A stretch of 64,000 bases of DNA from Blastocladiella emersonii ATCC 22665 (lineage: Eukaryota; Fungi; Blastocladiomycota), in contig JANHCV010000006.1 in assembly GCA_025594325.1 (NCBI GenBank), forward strand, positions 1,612,001-1,676,000, in the 5' to 3' direction. The position numbers and the translations under genes were made by a program. Position 1 is the first letter of the stretch; each line of letters begins with the position of its first letter. Shown piece by piece: positions 57,077 through 64,000 of this stretch. Under the pieces are notes generated by a model, which worked only from the letters and a program-made list of their open reading frames with translations, was not told where the DNA came from and did not search any database.

Positions 57077-57374
57077 TCCAAGCTGTCCTTTCTTCCTCCC
57101 TCTCTCCCTCTCCCCTACGGACACCGTATGTTGTATTGTGCAGGCGTACGTGCGTGCAGGCCTTGCTCCCAACATCCGATACTTGTGTGCTATTGGTGAG
57201 GTTGCATTGCTGATCGCTGCGGCCCGCAGCAGCGCAAACCCGCGAGATGTCCCTGCCCCTTGGGGCCGGATCACCCTTGCACGGCCTGGTGTTGGCTGGT
57301 GCCCCTATTTCTCCAACTTTTTTGTTGTTTGATTGTAAATATGCATCATACGATCAAGGAAAAGTAAAAGTAAG

Positions 57375-57533
57375 TACCACCAGGACCAGCTCCACCTCTC
57401 GCACAGCGGCTACCAAATCTACTACGGCAACGAACCGTTCAAGATCACGCTCCACGGCGACGGCGGGTACATCAACTGGTACTTCATCGGCAAGTGGGAC
57501 CGCGACGGGAAGCACGTCAAGTTCAACCAGTGA
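57375..57533 (+). pseudogene. Orphan coding exon with no start codon
   Basis: Reads YHQDQLHLSHSGYQIYYGNEPFKITLHGDGGYINWYFIGKWDRDGKHVKFNQ*. Almost every codon ends in C/G as in host genes. There is an in-frame TAA at 57336 and no ATG. Confidence 0.55.
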
Positions 57534-57938
57534 TTGCGCGTTCGTTCTGCAGCTCGTGCGAATTCTTTGCAGTCTCCCTTGCTTGTCGCGTCCTCGTCCT
57601 CATGTTCTATTTTCCCCTCCATCATGTTCTGCCCTTGTACAATCCACAACCGACGCGAGAATACAAAGCGAGTTGTATTTTTTACATTGCGAAGTCGTCG
57701 AGACTTGGACCAGCACTGGCGCGCCCGAAAAGCACAGGGCGTCCAACAAGAACAAGTGCGCTCTTGCAGCGAACCGTGATGTGAAGCGTGATGGAAGACC
57801 GCTCGGCGCGCCTGTCCCGACGACCGGATACAGCGACTGAACAGCAGTTCCGTTCGGCCTCAAATCGCTTGTGCGCAGCCGACACTCTCTTCGAAAAGTG
57901 TCGAGTCGATTAAAAACGCTTTACTAAACCACGATCTC

Positions 57939-58012
57939 GTCGCCGTGGTGTAGTCGGTTATCACGCCTCCCTTACAAGGAGTAGGTCCCCAGTTCGAACC
58001 TGGGCGGCGACA
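57939..58012 (+). tRNA. tRNA-Val (anticodon TAC)
   Basis: Acceptor stem GTCGCCG/CGGCGAC, D-loop TAGTCGGTTA, anticodon arm CTCC-CTTACAA-GGAG, T arm CCCAG-TTCGAAC-CTGGG, discriminator A. Confidence 0.9.
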
Positions 58013-58016
58013 TTTT
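58013..58016 (+). terminator. Pol III oligo-T terminator
   Basis: TTTT immediately after the tRNA; a further T run follows at 58021. Confidence 0.55.
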
Positions 58017-58256
58017 GTCGTTTTGGGTCACTCGAGTCCGTCCGATACGATGTTCGCTCGCGCCAGATCGGGTTGCACCAAGTCCTGCTAGCCATTGATA
58101 GACCCGTTTCTTCGTTTTGAGCCGCGTCGTTGCGTGTGGCGCAGCGCGAGTGAGTCGCGTCGCGCCACTCCGCTCGCTCACGACGACTGACTAGCCAACA
58201 TGGTGATATCACACAGAAACTACTAGGATACACTATTCTACTCATCTCGACACCTA

Positions 58257-61200
58257 CTACTTCCCAACCTGCTTAACCACGGCGTCGCACCGGCCACACA
58301 GCGCGCCCTCGCTCGGCGCCCAGAAGTTCCAGCACCGCGGGCACTTGTGCTTCTTGGCGTTCCGCGCAACGACGGTAACACTCGCCTTAGCACCTCCCGC
58401 ACTCGCCGCGGGGTCCCAGTTGCCGTCGCCGGGCGCGAGCGTGACCGCGTACTCTTCTTCCCCACCAACCTCGTTCGCGTCCGCGACCTCGACGCCGCTG
58501 ACGACCGTGAGCTGCTGGACCGCGCGCTTGTACGTGTCGAGGAACGCGGCGGTGGCCGCGTGGGGCGCGGCGAGGACGAGCTCGGCCTCGAGCGACGACC
58601 GGATCCGCTTGTCGCGGCGCAGGCGCTCGAGGACCTGGTTGGCGGCGTCGCGCAGGCCGAGGAGCGGCGCGAGGTCGGCGGCGAGGGAGGGGGCGCGCCA
58701 TTCGGCGGGTGCGGCGCGCCACGTGCGGCCCATGAAGTAGCCCGGGTGCGCGGAGCCGAGGACGGGCGACGCGTGCGTGTACACTTCTTCGGCGAGGAGG
58801 GGCAGGATCGGGGCGAACGACTGCACGTAGAACTCGAGAATCTACGAGTTGCACGCGCGCGAGTAGGTCAGCGACGGGTTCTGGGGCAGCTCGCGCGAAA
58901 CCGCCGTACCTGAGCGAGCGTGTACTGCGCGGCGCGGCGGCTGGGCGAGTCGGCGGCCTCAGCGTAGAGGCGGTCCTTGAGCGACTCAAAGTACATGGCG
59001 GAGAGGGTGTTGTTGGTGAAGACGTTGAGCGTCTGGACCACGCGGTAGTACTGGTGCGCGTTGTACGCCGCGTGCACCGTGTCGGCCATGGCGGCGAGCT
59101 CGTGGAGCACGTAGCGGTCGAGGTCCTCGAGGTCCGCGTAGGCCACCACCGTGTCCCGCGAAAACCCGTCGAGGTTGCCGAGGAGGTACCGGCACGTGTT
59201 GCGGATCTTGCGCAGGCTCTCGGCGGTCGCCTGGAGCACCTTGGACCCGAGACTAATGTCGCGCGTGTACTCTGCGCCGCCGACCCACAGCCGCAGCCCG
59301 TCGACGCCGACGGGCGGCATCGCCTTCTTGTCGGCGCCGCCGTGGATGATGGTCGCGGGGCCAACCGTGTTGCCGATCGACTTGGACATTTTCTGCTTGT
59401 GCTCGTCGACGAGGAACCCGTGCGTGATAATCTTCTTGTACGGCGCGACGCCGCGCGTCGCGATACTCGTCAGCAGCGAGCTCTGGAACCACCCGCGGTG
59501 CTGGTCGCTGCCCTCGAGGTACACGTCGGCGACCGTGTTCTCGCCGAGCAGCGTCCACGAGGTCCCCGAGTCGAACCACACGTCCATGGTATCGGTGCCG
59601 CGCCGCCACTGCGTGGGATCGAGCCCGCTGCCGGGCGGGAGGAACGCAGCGACGGGGAGCGTCCACCACGCGTCGGCGCCGCCGTTCGCCTCGATGACGG
59701 CCGCGATATGCGCGACGCTTTCGGGCGTCATGAGGTGGTCGCCCGTCTCGACGTGGTACAGGACGGGGAGCGGGACGCCCCACGACCGCTGGCGCGAGAT
59801 GCACCACTCGGACCGGCCGGCGACGTAGCTGCGGAGGCGCGAGCGGCCGGTATCGGGGACCGTGGTGACGGCGTCGCGCAGCGCGGCGAGCGCGGTATCG
59901 CGGACCGCGTCGATCCGCGCAAACCACTGCGGCGTGGCCCGCTGGATCACGGGCTTCTTGGCGCGCCAGTCGTACGGGTACTTGTGCACAAAGGAGTGCG
60001 CGTGCGCGAGCGCGGACGTCGACTGCAGGTACTCGATGACGCGGTGGGTGCCGTCGGTCAGGACGGGCGCGCCGACGAGGAACGCGGGGGCGTCGGCCGT
60101 GTACTTGCCGTAGTCGTCGACGGGCGACGCGATCTCGAGCCCGTGCTTCATGCCCGTGAGGTAGTCGTCCATGCCGTGGCCCGGCGCCGTGTGCACGAGC
60201 CCCGTCCCGCTGTCGGCCGTCACGTAGTCGGCGGCGACCACGGGGCAGGCGGCGCCAGTGAACGGGTGCGCGTAGGTCCACGACAGCAGGTCGCTGCCGG
60301 TGAAGCGGGCGACGATGGCGGCGTCGCGCGCGGCGGGGTCGACGGGCAAAAAGTCGAGCGCGGCGAGGCGATCGGCGCCCACGAGCCAGTGCTCGGTCGG
60401 GGAGACGCGGACGAGGACGTAGCTGAGGTCGCGGTGCACGGCGACGGCGCGGTTGGCGGGCAGCGTCCAGGGCGTGGTGGTCCAGATGAGGATGTTGGTG
60501 CCCTCGGGCACGCTGGCGTCGCCGGTAGCAGTCACGGCAAACTTGACGTAAACGGACTTGGACGTGTGCTCGTGGTACTCGAGCTCGGCCTCGGCGAGGG
60601 CGGTCTGGGTGGCGGGCGAGAAGTAGACGGGCTTGCGCTGGCGGTAGATGAGGCCGCGCTCGACCATCTTCTGGAACACGCGCAGCTGGCGCGCGACGTA
60701 GGCGGGCTCGAGCGTCTTGTAGGCCTTGGCCCAGTCGCCCATGATGGCAAACGACTGGAAGTCGGCGCGCTGCTTCTCGACCGTGGCGAGGGCGAGCTCG
60801 CGCGCCTTTTGCCGGATCGCGACGGGCGTGAGGGGCGGCTCCGCAGCGGCGTCCGCCGTGGACTTTTTCGCCTTCTTGGCCGCCTTGGCCGACTCCTGGA
60901 GCGCCTTGAGCTCAATGGGCAGGCCGTGGCAGTCCCAGCCGGGCACGTAGTGGACGCGCTTGCCCTGGAGCAGTTGCCAGCGCAGGACCATGTCCTTGAG
61001 GACCTTGTTGAGGGCGTGGCCGGCGTGCAGGTCGCCGTTGGCGTAGGGCGGACCGTCGTGCAGGATGAACTGCTCGGGCCGCAAAGCGGGCGACTCGGCG
61101 GCCTGCCACGCGTACAGCTCGTCGGTCGTGCGCTTCAGCAGCACCGGCCGCTGCGCTGCGTCGGGCCGCATCGCAAAGGACGTCTTGGGCAGACGCAGCG

Positions 61201-61399
61201 TGTCGGCGTACTCGCTCTTGGGCTTGGCCTCCTTGGCCTTGCCGGCCGCGGGAGCGGGCGCAGCGGCGGTGGAAGCGGCGGCAGCGAGGATCGGCGACGA
61301 CGTGTGCAGCAGTTTCATGGTCGCCGAGACGACGGCGGCCGGGCGCGCGAGGCGTGCCGCGGCATTTGCAGCAAGGCCTGCGCGGCAGAGGCGTAGCAT
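58257..61399 (-). CDS. ISM1: Isoleucyl-tRNA synthetase, mitochondrial (bacterial type)
   Basis: Arg/Ala-rich presequence MLRLCRAGLAANAAARLARP. Motifs are LHDGPPYANGDLHAGH, GWDCHGLPIE, EGSDQHRGWFQSS and KMSKS, with a C-terminal CPRCW...CGRC zinc finger. Intron near 58.83-58.91 kb. Confidence 0.95.
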
Positions 61400-61460
61400 G
61401 GCAGCGGAATTCGTGGTGGGCGAGGGGAGAGCGCGAGCGGGGCCGGCTGCCGAGCTGTTT

Positions 61461-61494
61461 GGGCTCGGCCCAGGGCTCGGCCAGGGCTCGGCCC
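61461..61494. repeat. Three tandem GGGCTCGGCC(C)A units in the IleRS/DsbA-like divergent promoter
   Basis: gggctcggccca gggctcggcca gggctcggccc. Confidence 0.7.
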
Positions 61495-61661
61495 GCGGCC
61501 CATGTGACCGGCTGCAGCCGACCGCCGATGAGCGACGCGGCGCCCGCGTTGATTCTTCGCAACTGATCGCCCTGATCGCGTCAGCGGCCCTTGCGCCGGA
61601 GCCTACAAATGGCGCGGGCAGGGTTGCCGCCAGTCCGCGCTCCCTTATCCGCCCGCCCGCC

Positions 61662-62482
61662 ATGAAGCACTTGCTCGCCACCGTCGTTGCCGCCCTCTTC
61701 TGCCTCGCGGCGCTCACCTCGGCCGCTCCCGCTCGCACGCAGCACCCGTCGTTTGCGCTCGACGAGACGCGGCACTGGTCCACCTCGACCGTCATCAAGT
61801 CTGCCGCGATCCCGCCGCCAGCCAAGATCGAGGGCTTCGTGCTCAACCGCAAGGGCGAGGTGCCCGCGGACGGCGGGGTGCAGGTGACGGCGTTCCTCGA
61901 CCCGCTGTGCCCCGACTCGGCCGCCGTCTGGCCCGCGCTGGGCGATGCATCGGCCGAGCTCGCCGATCGCGCCGTGTTCCGCGCGGTCCTGTTCCCGCTC
62001 CCGTACGCTCACCGGGATAGCGGACTGACGTTGAGACTGACCCTCCCTCACAACCGTTCAGGTACCACCGCAACGCCTTTATCCTGAGCCAGGCCGCGCA
62101 CGCGTGGCACGCTGCTCTCTCCAACGACGTCGACGACTCGCCCGTGAAGCCGCTGCTCGACCTCTACTTCTCCTCGATCGACGAGCTCGGCAGCCGCACC
62201 GACGCCGTCAGCGAGCTCGAGTACCGCGCGCGCCTGGTTGGGATCCTGCGCGAGCGGCTCCCCGCGCTCGCCGACCGCATCCCGGTCGACCAGTTCAAGG
62301 CCGCGCTCGCGCCGCAGTCGCCCGCCGACACGGCGGCGCGCCGCCACTTCAAGCACGCGGCGTACCACGGCGTCACGGGCACGCCGCAGGTCCTCGTCAA
62401 CGGCGTGCTCGACCCGCGCGCCGACGAGATCGAGTCGGTGAGCGCGTGGCGCGCGTACCTCGACGGGCTCGGCGGTCGGTAG
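61662..62482 (+). CDS. Secreted DsbA/thioredoxin-fold protein (CPDS motif)
   Basis: Signal peptide MKHLLATVVAALFCLAALTSA. Motifs are FLDPLCPDS, spliced LFPLP/YHRNAF (intron near 62003-62060) and GVTGTPQVLVNG. Confidence 0.75.
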
Positions 62483-63233
62483 TCGCTGAGAGTGATAAAT
62501 ACGAGTCCCCGCGAGCAGAGGTTTTTGTGTGACTGCCCACTTGAGCGAACGTGAGGGTGAACGTGATCGGCCATCGCCGCGGTGCCGTCGGGGTCCAAAA
62601 GCGCGGAAATGTCTCGCGGGCCGCGCCACGTGATGGGCGGGAGACGCGTCGCGCTGCGATGCCGGCGCGCGCGCTCGGCCTCCATCGCCGCCGACAGTGG
62701 CACCTGCGCGAGGTCAGGACGACGAAGCGCCGCGCATCCCCCACCGCGCCGCGCCTCACACACATAGCCCGTGCGTGCGTCCGTGCCCACTCCGAGCGAG
62801 CACTGCACACGCGCCTCCGCCCGCCCCGCTCGCGACCCGCGCCACCGCAGCGACCGCGACCGAGTGCCTGCCAGGGGTGGTGGTGCTACGAGCTGTTGCG
62901 TCGGCCTGCTGCTGCCGTGTCATTCCGCCGCGAGCGTAGAGACGCGTCGCGCCACATTTTGTTCCGAAGCGCACGCGTCTCGCCGCGCCGCGCCCTTTCC
63001 GACCCGACCCCCCGCGCACTCGACCCCCAGCTCGGGCACACATGAATCAATGAAACGCAACTCGAGGCAACCGCACGGCCGAGCGCGTTCCACCACTCTC
63101 CCGCGACCTCTGACTCGAGCCGTCCGTATCGCGCCGCCGTCGGCCCCCGCACGAGTTGCGATCCTCACGCCCTTCCCCGCGCGCCCGTCTAGTACTCCTG
63201 CCCACATACTCACGCACTGAGCCCGCCGACGCC

Positions 63234-64000
63234 ATGGACTCCATCACCGAGGCGCCCACCGCGCCGGGATCGCCTCCGTCCCTGCCACCCGCGGATCCCC
63301 CACCCGCCACCACGTCTGCCGACCCTCCGCTCGCCGACTCGTTCCACGGAGACCAGCTCTCCTCGTCCGCGCCCGCCGCCTCCTCATCCACACCCGCGGC
63401 TGACCACCCGTCTGCCGGGTCGCTGACGGGTACGGGCACCAGCACCCCGCCGCGGTCCTCGCGCGACTCGCACCCGTCGAGCCGCACGGGCGCCGGCCCG
63501 CTTGGCGCGTCCACCACCACCCACTCGCTCCCGACCGGCAGCGCGTCGCCGTCCAGCAGCATCGGGCGCGGGAGCGGGAGCGCCGGGCGCGCGCTATCCA
63601 CGTCGTCGTCGACGTCGTCGTCGACGTCGTCGAGCCACGAGGCCGGGGCCGCCGCCGCGACTTCGGGTCCCGCGAGCCACCACGCGTCGAGCTCACCGCG
63701 CGCAATACGCAGCGCGGCCGTGACCACGACCAACGGCGACGAGCCCGACGCGCCCAGCGCCGGCGCCGCGTCGGGCGGCGAAACCCCGATCCAGCCCGCA
63801 ACCTCGACGGGCAAAGTGTTTGCGCCCGTCAAGACGATGCGCAGCCGGCGCATCTCGGAGCCGAACCGGCCCAGCAGCACCGCGCGCAGCTCGACGGTCC
63901 AAGGTGGCGGCGGGAGCACGTTCGGGTCGCCGCCGCCGCTCACGCCCATCGCCAGCACGCTCGACCGCCGCAAACATATCCACGGGTCCAATACCTCGCA
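63234..64000 (+). CDS. Ser/Pro-rich N-terminus of an unidentified protein (runs off the right edge)
   Basis: ATG at 63234 in gccATGG context; open to the window end (MDSITEAPTAPGSPP...RRKHIHGSNTS). Confidence 0.55.
   Translation, partial: MDSITEAPTAPGSPPSLPPADPPPATTSADPPLADSFHGDQLSSSAPAASSSTPAADHPSAGSLTGTGTSTPPRSSRDSHPSSRTGAGPLGASTTTHSLPTGSASPSSSIGRGSGSAGRALSTSSSTSSSTSSSHEAGAAAATSGPASHHASSSPRAIRSAAVTTTNGDEPDAPSAGAASGGETPIQPATSTGKVFAPVKTMRSRRISEPNRPSSTARSSTVQGGGGSTFGSPPPLTPIASTLDRRKHIHGSNTS

Noticed and set aside
57247-57840. Ser/Thr-rich 197-aa ORF in the track
   Set aside because: It is a shadow of the codon-biased frame 57375-57533; its composition is what a frame shift of that exon would produce.
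43930-58012. Idea that the island is a tRNA-targeted integrative element
   Set aside because: No duplicate of the tRNA 3' end, terminal repeat, integrase or recombinase is visible at the left boundary.
57939-61399. tRNA-Val next to IleRS (which edits mischarged Val)
   Set aside because: The tRNA is cytosolic Pol III type and the synthetase is mitochondrial, so the adjacency is most likely coincidental.
1934-63991. Hundreds of long overlapping antisense or alternate-frame ORFs (for example 4609-7089, 24848-26746, 59054-61396)
   Set aside because: They are Arg/Ala/Gly/Pro-rich shadow frames caused by extreme GC3 bias in the real genes and carry no recognisable motifs.

Overview
This is eukaryotic, very GC-rich, gene-dense fungal DNA. 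Introns are short (about 50-80 nt) GT-AG with GTRYGY donors and CTRAC branch points. A kinesin-2 accessory subunit (KAP3) and a Trithorax/MLL-type methyltransferase point to a flagellated, early-diverging fungus; Blastocladiomycota/chytrid-like is my inference. Most of the window is housekeeping genes, often in divergent pairs: TEL2, TMEM135-like, KAP3, myotubularin, FNIP/Lst4-like, AP-3 sigma, DUF4436-like, a LolD-type ABC ATPase, Trx/MLL-like SET, UBE3D-like, WD40, thiamine pyrophosphokinase, an STK32-like kinase, CWC24, eIF3d, mitochondrial IleRS and a DsbA-like protein. Three visibly lower-GC accessory zones interrupt them. (i) The left edge holds an F-box/LRR-like ORF missed by the ORF track. 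(ii) About 11.6-14.3 kb holds decayed duplications of the FNIP 3' end. (iii) About 44-58 kb holds a four-copy tandem array of unrecognised ~750-aa F-box-like, Cys-rich genes, each with one homologous intron and a conserved inverted-repeat motif ~70 nt upstream of the ATG. That array is followed by an orphan fifth motif, a frameshifted TnpB/Fanzor remnant, an orphan coding exon and tRNA-Val(TAC). The top leads are the array with its upstream element, the RAMA-domain-capped Trx/MLL-like methyltransferase, the Fanzor remnant, and the intron-containing prokaryote-type ABC ATPase. All family assignments come from motif recognition by eye; no searches were run. Most long ORFs in the supplied track are GC-driven shadow frames.
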